NCBI GenBank assembly: GCA_041489255.1
Contig: JBGPQV010000005.1
Location: forward strand, 1-64,000
Source: Thermoplasmata archaeon
GTDB lineage: Archaea; Thermoplasmatota; Thermoplasmata; RBG-16-68-12; JAFNFQ01
Direction of reading: 5' to 3'
DNA length: 64,000 nt
A program made the position numbers and the translations under genes. Within the stretch, counting starts at the first letter, position 1. Every line of letters begins with the position of its first letter. The notes beneath the pieces were generated by a model. It saw nothing but the letters and a program-made list of their open reading frames with translations, was not told where the DNA came from and did not search any database. Positions 18,913 through 27,921 of this stretch are shown in pieces.

Positions 18913-19359
18913 CTATGATTCTGGGCGAAGTCGATGGCTTAAGCGATTCCAAGCATCAGGTCCATGCCGAAGAACCTCGGCGAACGCCACCTGCAGCTGA
19001 GCTCGAAGCGATTTCTCATCATCGAATCGATAGAAGTCTCGGTCGAAGCTATCACCCCTGAACCGATCACCATGGATTAGGATACCAAGACGCTTTCGGA
19101 GCCCTAACTCCTGCCACATGCCACTCTCTGAGAAGCCTGCCCAGCCGAATTGCTGACCTTCTGGTGCGACTGCGATTTCCACGGCGAAAGCTCTGACTTT
19201 AGGATCGCGGTAGACAAGGATTCCCTCACTAAGACCGGGTTTCCTAGGTCTCCAGAACGTCAAGAATCCCTCACCTTCGTTGCGGAATTGAAATCCGTCC
19301 GCAGCCAACAATTCGCTGCCCACCTCCTTCACGATTGATTGGAATTTCCTCGTTATCAT
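18913..19359 (-). CDS. Hypothetical 148-aa protein, possibly DUF4304-like or immunity-like
   Basis: Lower GC, isolated ORF with GAGGGA SD; ELLAADGFQF N-terminal pattern; family assignment weak. Confidence 0.55.
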   Translation of the reverse strand: MITRKFQSIVKEVGSELLAADGFQFRNEGEGFLTFWRPRKPGLSEGILVYRDPKVRAFAVEIAVAPEGQQFGWAGFSESGMWQELGLRKRLGILIHGDRFRGDSFDRDFYRFDDEKSLRAQLQVAFAEVLRHGPDAWNRLSHRLRPES

Positions 19360-19478
19360 TGCTCAATTCCCTCAATCCTCTGATTCCCCTCTTACTTAAT
19401 AAATCGCGTGGAAAAACGGTCCATGATTGACCCACAGTCTTCCGGTATCATCCAATGAGGTCGTGATGGGCGGATAGA

Positions 19479-19508
19479 TTTATAGGCATTCATTACCATT
19501 ATGGTAAT
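19479..19508 (+). promoter_or_regulatory. TATA box plus 8-1-8 inverted-repeat operator of the AbiE-like operon
   Basis: TTTATA at 19479-19484; ATTACCAT-T-ATGGTAAT at 19492-19508 covering the expected transcription start. Confidence 0.7.
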
Positions 19509-19512
19509 CGTC

Positions 19513-20118
19513 ATGGCGAACGCATACGACGACCTCTACACGTGGCTCCGTGTGGCATTCCGACGAGAGCCGTTCACTCTATCGGAATTCCGTGCGACGT
19601 TTCCCTCCCCCGCCCCCGCGAAGGTGCTCTTCGATCTCCGCCGTCTCGGCTACATCGAGGCGGGAAGCCACGGGAAATACAAAGTCATAAGCCCGGACAT
19701 GAGGTTGCAGCAGACCGTCGAGCGCGCTGAGCGTTCCTTCGGGATTCCGGCGATGGCGGGGCTCCCCTATGCGTATTCGCGGGACACCGCTGTTTCGATA
19801 TGGACCGACGGCGGCTACTGGACCGGATTCACGCGAGGTTTCCGCCCGCTCCATATGGATATCCTCAAGCGTGACGTGAACTCATGGCTTTCGTTCTTCC
19901 GATCCTCCGGGATGAGGGCCACCGTGGAAGGGACCAGGGAGACCCTTTTCGGAGTCGTCCATGTGCTTCACCCGGTTGCCCGAGTGCATGCGGTGGAGCA
20001 CAGCGGCGTCAGAGTCGTGCCCAGGGATGAGGCCCGCGAGTTCGCCGCATCGCGGCCCTTCGCCTACGAACCCGTCGTCCGATCGCTCGGGCCGCCCGGC
20101 GGGAGGAGAGGGGGATGA
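19513..20118 (+). CDS. AbiEi-like wHTH antitoxin/regulator (type IV TA)
   Basis: N-terminal wHTH (FTLSEFR…LFDLRRLGYIE…GKY); ATGA overlap with the nucleotidyltransferase; alternative start 19501. Confidence 0.7.
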   Translation: MANAYDDLYTWLRVAFRREPFTLSEFRATFPSPAPAKVLFDLRRLGYIEAGSHGKYKVISPDMRLQQTVERAERSFGIPAMAGLPYAYSRDTAVSIWTDGGYWTGFTRGFRPLHMDILKRDVNSWLSFFRSSGMRATVEGTRETLFGVVHVLHPVARVHAVEHSGVRVVPRDEAREFAASRPFAYEPVVRSLGPPGGRRGG

Positions 20119-20840
20119 GACCCGAAGACATCGCGCGGGAGCGCGTCTGCTTCGACGTCATGAGGGCAGTACAGAAAATGGACGTCCTGCTGGTCGGAGG
20201 CTATGCTGTCAGCGCATATGGCCCGCCGCGGTTCTCGGTCGACCTCGACCTCGTGCTCCAGGAGAAGGTCGTCCCGAAAGTCAGGGACGCGCTGCTCAAA
20301 GCCGGACTTTCGAAGGCGAGTGATTGGGATGGCGGGGATCTCTTTGCGGGGAAGGCCGAACGGTGGACCGTCGGGGAGGCGACCCTCCCCTCCTCGGTGG
20401 ATCTGCTGATTGGCGGCATCTCCGACCGCGTCTCCGGGGTGACGTTCACATTCGAGAGATTGAGGAAGACGGCAACGCGCAGGGCGGTCAGAGGCCTCCT
20501 GTCCTCCTCGGTGGCTGAGCCGTTAGTCCCGAGCAGGGAAGCGCTCATCGGCCTGAAGCTGCACGTCGCTCGGCGAATCGACTTCAGAGACATCGCCGTC
20601 CTATCGGGAGAACCTCTGGATCGGGAGGCTGTGGCTTCGATGATTGCGGGGGCGACCAGGAAGCTCATCCTTGGGCATGTCAGGAAGCTACTATCAGACA
20701 TAGATACCAAGGAGTTCAAGGATTCCATTAAGGGCGTCTACATGCTCGATGACAAGGTCTATGCGCGCTATATGAAAGGCGTGAAGGACCTAGGACTATG
20801 GCTGGTAAGCCAGCTTCGCGCGCGTGAAAGTGCGGAGTGA
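20115..20840 (+). CDS. AbiEii-like nucleotidyltransferase toxin
   Basis: LVGGYAV…RFSVDLD, VDLL and LIGLK…R..DFRD motifs of the DNA pol beta/AbiEii NTase superfamily. Confidence 0.8.
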   Translation: MRPEDIARERVCFDVMRAVQKMDVLLVGGYAVSAYGPPRFSVDLDLVLQEKVVPKVRDALLKAGLSKASDWDGGDLFAGKAERWTVGEATLPSSVDLLIGGISDRVSGVTFTFERLRKTATRRAVRGLLSSSVAEPLVPSREALIGLKLHVARRIDFRDIAVLSGEPLDREAVASMIAGATRKLILGHVRKLLSDIDTKEFKDSIKGVYMLDDKVYARYMKGVKDLGLWLVSQLRARESAE

Positions 20841-20884
20841 CGCAAGGGTGCGCATCTCCTTGAGCATGCGTCATCCGAGAATCT

Positions 20885-22690
20885 TCAAGTCTGGATGCGC
20901 TCGATGCGCCCAGACCCTTCAGCCCACCGCAGCAGGCGCAGGAAGGCCTGCGTCTCTGCCCCCGTCAGCGTGATCACATCCCCGCCATGGTACGCGTCGC
21001 CCGTCTCCCAGTCCTTGACCACCCGCAGGACGCGGTACCGCGGTTTCCCCTTCACCGCAATGAAGTCCGCCATCTTCGCCGCCGCCCACGAGTCCTTGAA
21101 CGTCCCCTGGAACACCGCCAGCCGCTGGTGCGCTATCACCGCGATCTTGTTGCACACATCGTTCAGGAAGCTCCTGTTGTGGCTCACAATCAGGAGCATG
21201 CCCGGGTACGCCTGCAGCGCCCCCGCCACGATCTCCTGGCTCTCGATGTCGAGGTGGTTCGTCGGCTCGTCCAGGACGAGGAGGTCGTACTCCTGCACGA
21301 TGAACTTCGCGAGGGCCAGGCGCGCGCGCTCGCCGCCGCTGAGGCTCCCCACGGTGTTGTGCACGGTGTCTCCCTTGAACCAGAAGCGACCGAGCATGCC
21401 CCGCGCCCACTCCTCTGGCGGTGGCGGGGTCCGGACTGTCCGTATCTCCTCCAGGAGGGTGCGGGAGAAGTCGAGCTCCTCCGCCTCCTGCGCGAAGTAG
21501 CCGATCGTCAGGTTGCGGCCTCTGGTCACGGTCCCCGCGTCTTGCTCCTGATGTCCGATGAGGACCTCCAGGAGCGTGGTCTTCCCGCAGCCATTCGGCC
21601 CGACCAGACCGACCTTGTCGCCCTTCGTGACCTCGAGGTCGACATCCGCGAACAGGAGGCGGTCACTGTGCGACTTCGCGACGCCGATTGCCCGCACGAC
21701 TCCCGGCGCCGACCCTCCCTTTCGGAAAGTGAGGCGGAAAGCGCGGGCAGCGCTAGGTGCGAGCTCCGGCTCTTGGCGTTGCAGACGTTGGATCGCAAGC
21801 TTCCTCGAAAGGACCTGGTTGTACACCTTCCGTGACTTGAACTCCTCGATGATCGCGAGCTGGCGCTGCATGTCTTCGAAGTGCCGCTTGCGCTGCGCTT
21901 CCCTGGCCCGCTGCAATGCATCTCGTTGTATGCGGTATTCCGAGTAGTTGCCGCTGTACTCGAATATCCTGAAATGGTCCACGTCGAGGACCTTCTCCGC
22001 GACCGCGTCGAGGAGGAACTTGTCGTGGCTCGCGAGGAGGACGGCGGCGTCTATCTCGAGGAGGTACTCCTCGATAAACTCGATCGTGTCGATGTCCATG
22101 TGGTTCGTCGGCTCGTCGAGGAAGAGGATGTCCTTCTCCTTCGCGTTCGCGAGGGCCCGCGCGGTCAGGACCTTGGACTTCTCCCCGCCTGAGAGAGAGC
22201 CGAAGCTCTGGTCGAGCAGCTCCTCGCCGATGCCGAGGTCGTTCAGGATCGGGTCGTTCACGATGTCGCTCCGGCTGCGGGCGACGCCGAGTTCCTGATG
22301 CAGCGCCTCGTAGCGGTCCAAGCGCGCGGGAGCATCGGACGCTGACCATGCGTCTTTCCCCGCCATCCACGTCTCCATCTCCGCGAGCTCGGCCTCGATG
22401 CGCAGCGCCTCCGGGCTGGGGGCGGACAGGATGTCCCGCACCGGAGTGTCCTGCGGCACGTTAGGGACTTGCGGGAGATAGCCGTAGCGAAGCCCCTTCT
22501 TCAGGATCAGGTCTCCAAGGTCCAGCTTGGTCTCTCCCGCAATTAGCCTGAACAGCGTGCTCTTCCCGGAGCCGTTCGGGCCGACCAGGGCTGCCTTGTC
22601 ACCCGCCTGCAGAAGGAAGTCCGCGTGATTGAGGACGAGCGTGGGCCCCCATGACTTCATGAGGTCCCTGCCCGCGATGATCGGCTCCAT
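20885..22690 (-). CDS. ABC-F family ATPase
   Basis: Two NBDs (GPNGSGKS/LSGGE/LDEPTNH and GPNGCGKT/LSGGE/LDEPTNHLD), YSGNYSEY interdomain linker, no TM. Confidence 0.92.
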   Translation of the reverse strand: MEPIIAGRDLMKSWGPTLVLNHADFLLQAGDKAALVGPNGSGKSTLFRLIAGETKLDLGDLILKKGLRYGYLPQVPNVPQDTPVRDILSAPSPEALRIEAELAEMETWMAGKDAWSASDAPARLDRYEALHQELGVARSRSDIVNDPILNDLGIGEELLDQSFGSLSGGEKSKVLTARALANAKEKDILFLDEPTNHMDIDTIEFIEEYLLEIDAAVLLASHDKFLLDAVAEKVLDVDHFRIFEYSGNYSEYRIQRDALQRAREAQRKRHFEDMQRQLAIIEEFKSRKVYNQVLSRKLAIQRLQRQEPELAPSAARAFRLTFRKGGSAPGVVRAIGVAKSHSDRLLFADVDLEVTKGDKVGLVGPNGCGKTTLLEVLIGHQEQDAGTVTRGRNLTIGYFAQEAEELDFSRTLLEEIRTVRTPPPPEEWARGMLGRFWFKGDTVHNTVGSLSGGERARLALAKFIVQEYDLLVLDEPTNHLDIESQEIVAGALQAYPGMLLIVSHNRSFLNDVCNKIAVIAHQRLAVFQGTFKDSWAAAKMADFIAVKGKPRYRVLRVVKDWETGDAYHGGDVITLTGAETQAFLRLLRWAEGSGRIERIQT

Positions 22691-22785
22691 GTCTCATGGC
22701 GTATCCCCGCGACCCAGATTAGGTTTCGCCCCGCACGGAGATGATGTGGTCACGGGGTTCGACGGCCAAGTCGCCTCGGCTTTCA

Positions 22786-25700
22786 TCACTGATGCTGGAA
22801 GTCTTCTTGGCTGACAATATTCCGAGGTGCCGTCTTCCGAATTCTGTAGAATGCGACCAAAATACCGGCGACGAGAATCGCCAGGTCAATGGTGGTCCCT
22901 GCGCCGAGCAACGGCGGTACGGAGAGCAGTCCGGTCAGCAGTGAGATGATCCCGGTCCCCGCCTCCGCGAGGACGAAAGGCAACGAGAAGATTGCGAACG
23001 CCTGCATAACCGCCTTCCCGTCCTTCCCGCCCTTCCACGGCCTCCTCTTCGATGACCAGATTCCCGCCACGAGCAGGATGATGTTGAAGACGAAGGCCAC
23101 TACCGGCTTGTAGTTCACCGCCACTTCGACCGGCGGTCTGACGACCAACGACCTTTCCTGCTCGACGTTGCCTAGGTTGTCGGTCGAATAGTAGAATATG
23201 GTGTGCTCTCCCTCGGCGAGGGTGAAGCCGCCTGTGTAGACCGTCCAGCTCCCGCCGTCTATCCTGTACATCGTGACGTTCACGCCGCAGCCGGAATCCG
23301 CGGCGGCGAGGGTGAACGGGGCGGCGGGGGAGATCGTCGTGACAGGCGGCGTGTCGTCGAGGAAGAATGTCTCGTTCCGGACGGCCTCCTCGTTCCCGAG
23401 GTAGTCGAACGAAAGGAACTCGACGTACCAAGTCCCGTCCCATCCCGCGTGACCGAACGATGTGGAGTAGTCCCGCCATTGAGGCCATGACCATGAATCA
23501 TCCCAGATGCGGTAGAACGTGGAGTTGGGACCGACGCCGCCGTCAGTCACAGAGAGTGTGAGGAGAGTCGAGGATTTGATGAAATTGCCGCCATTCAGGT
23601 ACTTAGGTTCACCGATTGAGATGGCGGTGGCGGGAGGAGTGTCGTCCGCCCTCAGCACCCTGTAGTTCACTTCTTCCACATTCCCGGCGTTGTCCTCCGA
23701 GTACCATTCGATGTAGTGGTCTCCATCGTCTGACAGGAAAAATGAGGACGAGTATTCGGTCCATGTGACGTTGTCTATCCTGTACCAGGTGTGGTTGATC
23801 CCAGACCCGCTCCGGTCCGTGACGGATAGGTCTAGGGGAGTGGACGACCTAACGAATGTGGCGGTGGAGGTGTAGTTCGGAGAGCCGATGACGAGAGAGG
23901 TTATCGGACCGGGAACTACCTCTATCGTCCATGTGCACACATTGTTCGTCTCGTTCGATTCTATGATGTCGTCGTGGTAATCCACATTGGCGGCGACTCT
24001 GTGAGTGCCAGGAGTGGCGGGAGATTCCCAAGTCGCGGTGAAGCGCGAGGACGCCTCAGATTCATTCAGCGGCGGGATAGTGAATGCTGCGAAGGGAACG
24101 GCCGGAGAGGACTCATTGTAGAACGCGACGGTGGCGGTAGCGCTCGCGTTCTTGTCGCCCTGGTTCGACGCTCGAACGGAGAGCTGCAGGGGCAACGATA
24201 GCCCGATCTTGACTATGGCGGGAGGCAGCAGGCTCACCGGGACGTAGTCAGGCATCGAGACGACCTCCACCGGTGTGCACGCCACGTTGTTGTTCTCGTT
24301 CGTTTCGTTCACCTTCGACGGCGGAGGGTCGGCGTAGGCGCAAAGGCTATGGTTGCCATCGGGCGACGCGTTCCACCCCAGCAAGATGTTTGTTTGTGAG
24401 AAGCTGGCGAGACCGGCCGATTGGGAGAGGCTGATACTCTCGCCCGCGTCGGGCTTCATGTCGCCGTTTCTATCGTCGAAGAGGAGCAGGTCGAATGCCC
24501 CGACCGAGACGTTTGCCTGGTTCGCGACGGTTACGTTCACCTGAGCGAAGGTGTTGTTCGACAAGGGCGGATTGGGCAAGATTTCGACAGATGTGGGCTT
24601 GAGGTCCGGGGAGGGAAAGAACAGTTTGGGCGAATTCGTCGAGTAGTAGATGTCGTAAATGGAAGGTCCGTTGCGGTAATCAGTCCAGACCACGCCAGTA
24701 AACCATCTACCGCCATAGGGATAAGCCGCAATCGCGGGCGTGTTGTATTCAGGGGTCAGCCTCGCGGCGCCATCGGTGACCAGGACAGGCGCTCTCCAAG
24801 ACGAGAGTGAGGAGATAGGCGCTGTCGACTCGAAGACCCCCCACAGCGACCAATACACGATGCGGACGGCGCCGACAGCGGGAACCGCGGCGATCCTAGG
24901 GTTCCCGTGGTTCATCGGATTTCCCGTGACTGGGGCGACTTCCCAGGAGGAATCGTTGCCCCAATCCTCGCTGTACGCGACATCGATCTGCCTGTAGCCC
25001 CACTTTGGGTGAACGAACGGGACGAGCACAGTGCCGGAGCCTAAAATCGCCACGACATCTGGCGCGAACTCATCGTCCGCCGTCTCCGCCACAGGAATCC
25101 CTGGATCGGATGTCCACGATCCGGGGGTCCCGCCAGTCAGACTCCGCATCATGAACACATCGCGGTTCCCGGACGCCGATTGCCGCTCGTAGACGACGTA
25201 CACATCGTTTGGGCCGCCCCAGGCGACGCGAGGCATTCGGTTGATGGAATGATCATATTCTCCCACGAGGATCTGGGGCGCCTCCCACGCCCGCCAGACG
25301 CTTCGGTCACGCGCGGCCATGAACATGATGTCGACGCCCCCTGCCCCGTCGTCGCGCTCAAAGGTGAGGAACGCGCTCGCAGAGTCGTCCCGGGAGATGG
25401 TGACGGATGGGTTGTGATCTCTCGGATTCGTTGTGACGTTCACCAGCATGGAACCCATGTACGGAAAGTCAAAAACCTCACGGAGGCCTCCCCACGAACC
25501 TTCGAACACGACGATCGCCTCGCCGCTGCTGAAGTTCACGGCGATCGATGGGTGGCTGAAGTCTTCGGGAGCGCCGGTGCCGAAGGCCGAGTTCCACCAC
25601 ATGCCCCCGTCTTGGGAGTGGGCGGTGACTATTTCGTATCGGTGACGCGTGGGATTGTATTCTTCGTAGGAGGCGTACACGGTGCCGTTGCTGGCAGCTC

Positions 25701-25980
25701 CGAGTGATGCATTCCGTTGAACCTCAGAAGGGGTGGTCCAGGATGCGAGGACGTCCGGGGACCATCCAGAGCCAGGGTCTCCGCGAGTCCGTGGTTCGGC
25801 TGCCATGGAGATTCCCGGCCCCGAGTCAGGAGATTGAGCCGGGGGCCGAGCTTGCGACGGTGCAATCGATGTACCTGCGGTCGGCGTGATGAGTACTATG
25901 CCGAGGATCACGGGGATGAAGCCACACGCGCGCAACTCGTACCTCCCGGGGACGCAACCCACTGTCACCACACCGACCAA
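22786..25980 (-). CDS. Surface protein: BNR/sialidase-like propeller, 2 CARDB domains, Ig-like repeats and a C-terminal multi-TM anchor
   Basis: Signal region; SQDGG.WW and YSEDWG repeats; PDL…VNETNENNN CARDB x2; YYSTDNLGNVE repeats; three hydrophobic C-terminal helices. Confidence 0.85.
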   Translation of the reverse strand: MVGVVTVGCVPGRYELRACGFIPVILGIVLITPTAGTSIAPSQARPPAQSPDSGPGISMAAEPRTRGDPGSGWSPDVLASWTTPSEVQRNASLGAASNGTVYASYEEYNPTRHRYEIVTAHSQDGGMWWNSAFGTGAPEDFSHPSIAVNFSSGEAIVVFEGSWGGLREVFDFPYMGSMLVNVTTNPRDHNPSVTISRDDSASAFLTFERDDGAGGVDIMFMAARDRSVWRAWEAPQILVGEYDHSINRMPRVAWGGPNDVYVVYERQSASGNRDVFMMRSLTGGTPGSWTSDPGIPVAETADDEFAPDVVAILGSGTVLVPFVHPKWGYRQIDVAYSEDWGNDSSWEVAPVTGNPMNHGNPRIAAVPAVGAVRIVYWSLWGVFESTAPISSLSSWRAPVLVTDGAARLTPEYNTPAIAAYPYGGRWFTGVVWTDYRNGPSIYDIYYSTNSPKLFFPSPDLKPTSVEILPNPPLSNNTFAQVNVTVANQANVSVGAFDLLLFDDRNGDMKPDAGESISLSQSAGLASFSQTNILLGWNASPDGNHSLCAYADPPPSKVNETNENNNVACTPVEVVSMPDYVPVSLLPPAIVKIGLSLPLQLSVRASNQGDKNASATATVAFYNESSPAVPFAAFTIPPLNESEASSRFTATWESPATPGTHRVAANVDYHDDIIESNETNNVCTWTIEVVPGPITSLVIGSPNYTSTATFVRSSTPLDLSVTDRSGSGINHTWYRIDNVTWTEYSSSFFLSDDGDHYIEWYSEDNAGNVEEVNYRVLRADDTPPATAISIGEPKYLNGGNFIKSSTLLTLSVTDGGVGPNSTFYRIWDDSWSWPQWRDYSTSFGHAGWDGTWYVEFLSFDYLGNEEAVRNETFFLDDTPPVTTISPAAPFTLAAADSGCGVNVTMYRIDGGSWTVYTGGFTLAEGEHTIFYYSTDNLGNVEQERSLVVRPPVEVAVNYKPVVAFVFNIILLVAGIWSSKRRPWKGGKDGKAVMQAFAIFSLPFVLAEAGTGIISLLTGLLSVPPLLGAGTTIDLAILVAGILVAFYRIRKTAPRNIVSQEDFQHQ

Positions 25981-26130
25981 CTGCCTACTTAATGCTGTTG
26001 CCGGGGCGACCCGCCACTCCCCGCCCCATGCACCAGGTCAGTGCATTCGACCATGAACGAGGGGCCGCGTAGTGGTATCGTCGCTTCGCGGAGGCTGTGG
26101 TTCAAATAGCAGGCAATCGTCCCTAACTGT

Positions 26131-26217
26131 ATGGCGAAGAAGAAAATCAAACTCACTCGGGCCGGTCGAGCTCGCGCGCGCCGCAGGCACGGCGTCCGGG
26201 GATCGCGGACCAAGTGA
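26131..26217 (+). CDS. Candidate 28-aa basic peptide MAKKKIKLTRAGRARARRRHGVRGSRTK
   Basis: TTCAAATA box at 26101-26108, ATG at leaderless spacing, ends in TGATGATGA; below the ORF-track cutoff. Confidence 0.35.
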   Translation: MAKKKIKLTRAGRARARRRHGVRGSRTK

Positions 26218-26233
26218 TGATGAATCCGATTCA

Positions 26234-26605
26234 TCAAGTCTCGTTGCCGGACACAGGTCTTGCCCGCCGCGCGGTCGTCGAAGGGCGGCGCTTCGCCGTT
26301 CCCGCATCGTCTTCTTTGAACCGATCCGCCGCGAGCTCTTCATTGATGCGGCTGAAGTCCGCCTGCAGCATCGAGGCCACGCGGGAATCGTCCGCGTTCA
26401 GGCGGTAGAAGCGCGAGCCCCCGACTTCCCTTGTGAACAGGACGATGCCGTCCTTCTCCAGTTCGGGGACGAGCCTGTACAGGGTCGGTCTGGAGATCCC
26501 CGTGAACTGTTGCATCTGGGACAGCGTGTAGTCGAAGTCCACATGGTCGGCCAGGAAGTCCAGGAGCCTGACTCTCGGAGAGTCGCCGAACACCTCTGTA
26601 AACAT
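26234..26605 (-). CDS. Small archaeal wHTH protein
   Basis: FGDSPRVRLLDFL…TGISRPTLYRLVPELEKDGIV…GGSRFYRLN. Confidence 0.85.
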   Translation of the reverse strand: MFTEVFGDSPRVRLLDFLADHVDFDYTLSQMQQFTGISRPTLYRLVPELEKDGIVLFTREVGGSRFYRLNADDSRVASMLQADFSRINEELAADRFKEDDAGTAKRRPSTTARRARPVSGNET

Positions 26606-26641
26606 ATATTACAGCCTTGTAAATGAATAGACGTGCGTCTA
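26597..26641. promoter_or_regulatory. Inverted repeats in the divergent promoter of the wHTH pair
   Basis: TGTAA (26597)/TTACA (26609)/TGTAA (26618) and TAGACG-TG-CGTCTA (26628-26641), next to TTATAT at 26643. Confidence 0.55.
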
Positions 26642-26669
26642 CTTATATCTTCCTCACCATCGTACGGCC

Positions 26670-26954
26670 GTGCGAAAGCTGTCCGCGGATGAGGCCCCCC
26701 TGATGCTCAAGCTCTACCGGAGGCGGAAGTTCGGGGCCTCGCACATCCTCGAGGACAACCTGCTCGAAGGCTTCCCCACGGACAAGGTGGACCTCCTGAG
26801 GAACGCTCTCAAGGCTCTCAAGAAGGACGGCATCCTGCGGGCCAAGAAGACGAAGCACGGCGACGCGGTCTCGATCCCGCCGACGCTCGGCAAAGATATC
26901 TATGGGGAGCTGAGGAAGAGGTATTCGTGGCTTCCTGAACCGCCATGGCTGTGA
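26670..26954 (+). CDS. Small basic wHTH-like protein, divergent partner
   Basis: KLYRRRKFGASH…GFP…ALKALKKDGIL…K..HG..VSI; TATA box about 25 nt upstream of the GTG start. Confidence 0.75.
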   Translation: MRKLSADEAPLMLKLYRRRKFGASHILEDNLLEGFPTDKVDLLRNALKALKKDGILRAKKTKHGDAVSIPPTLGKDIYGELRKRYSWLPEPPWL

Positions 26955-27026
26955 GGGCTGTAAGGGGATAACCGCACCCGGTTTCGCGCAAAATGATTAA
27001 TACGCCCGGGGCTGTTTGATTCCTAG

Positions 27027-27713
27027 ATGGGCGACGTCAGCATCGTGGCCGCACTCGCGATAAACGCGCCGGAGATCCTCCTGATAATTGCTGCACTGCT
27101 CATCATCATAGGCATCGCCCTCGCCTTCCGCGGCAGGAAGCTATGGGCGGGTCTGATGAGCATCATAGGCGCCGTGATAGGGGGCACCCTCGGCTACCTC
27201 TTCGGCATGCTCATCAACGACTGGATCACCGCGCTGATCCTGTCCATGGTCGGGGCTTTCATCGGCTCTCTCCTCTTCGGCTACATAGTCAAGATAGCGC
27301 TCGCTTTCGTGACGTCGCTGCTCGTGGCGGGCCTGGCGTACATCGCGATTGGCCAGAGCATGTCTCAGGACATGCGAATCGTCGTGGCGGCGGTCCTCCT
27401 GCTCGTGATATATGCGGTCGCATACTGGTTCATCCAGGAGATCATAGCTTTCGTCACCGCGCTCCTCGGCGGCCTCCTGGTCGGCGTGGGGATCATCCTG
27501 CTTGGACTGGGCACCACCGCCGCAGTCTCGGTCGGCGGGCTCGTGTTCCTGGCGGGCTTCGTCATCCAGAGCGTTGACTACGGGAGAGAGAAGAGGAGGA
27601 GGGTGGCGCGGGCGGCCGCTGCCACATATTACGTCGCATCTGAGCCGGTCGTGACTGAATCGTACGAGCAGGCGCCGCCGCCACCGCCGGAAGAGGAACC
27701 GGGGCAGTACTGA
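27027..27713 (+). CDS. Polytopic membrane protein (DUF4203/TM198-like)
   Basis: About 7 Gly-rich TM helices ending GFVIQ; PPPPP tail; BRE-TATA (AAAATGATTAATA) about 25 nt upstream. Confidence 0.8.
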   Translation: MGDVSIVAALAINAPEILLIIAALLIIIGIALAFRGRKLWAGLMSIIGAVIGGTLGYLFGMLINDWITALILSMVGAFIGSLLFGYIVKIALAFVTSLLVAGLAYIAIGQSMSQDMRIVVAAVLLLVIYAVAYWFIQEIIAFVTALLGGLLVGVGIILLGLGTTAAVSVGGLVFLAGFVIQSVDYGREKRRRVARAAAATYYVASEPVVTESYEQAPPPPPEEEPGQY

Positions 27714-27753
27714 GTGCTGTGTGCAACCGCGAAGCTCCTCGTTCCACATCGTC

Positions 27754-27921
27754 TCAGGATTTCTTCGTGCCCCCACCGAACAATGTCCTCACGAGCCTGG
27801 AGCACAGACCGAGCACGTTTTCCGCCTTCTTGACCGCCTCGGGCGCGTAGTCCTTGAAGTATTCCGCGTCGATCCCCTCCTCGAACCCGTAGCCCGCCAT
27901 GGCCCTCTCCGATGTCTTCAC
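27754..27921 (-). pseudogene. Internally deleted HEPN toxin remnant (55 aa)
   Basis: GTGA overlap with the MNT gene; MKTSERAM joined directly to AGYGFEEGIDAEYFKDYAPEAVKKAENVL; no R-X4-6-H motif. Confidence 0.65.

Noticed and set aside
26081-26115. tRNA-like words (GGGGCC…TAGTGGTA…GGTTCAAAT)
   Set aside because: No T-stem or acceptor pairing and too short for a cloverleaf; TTCAAATA is better read as a TATA-like box.
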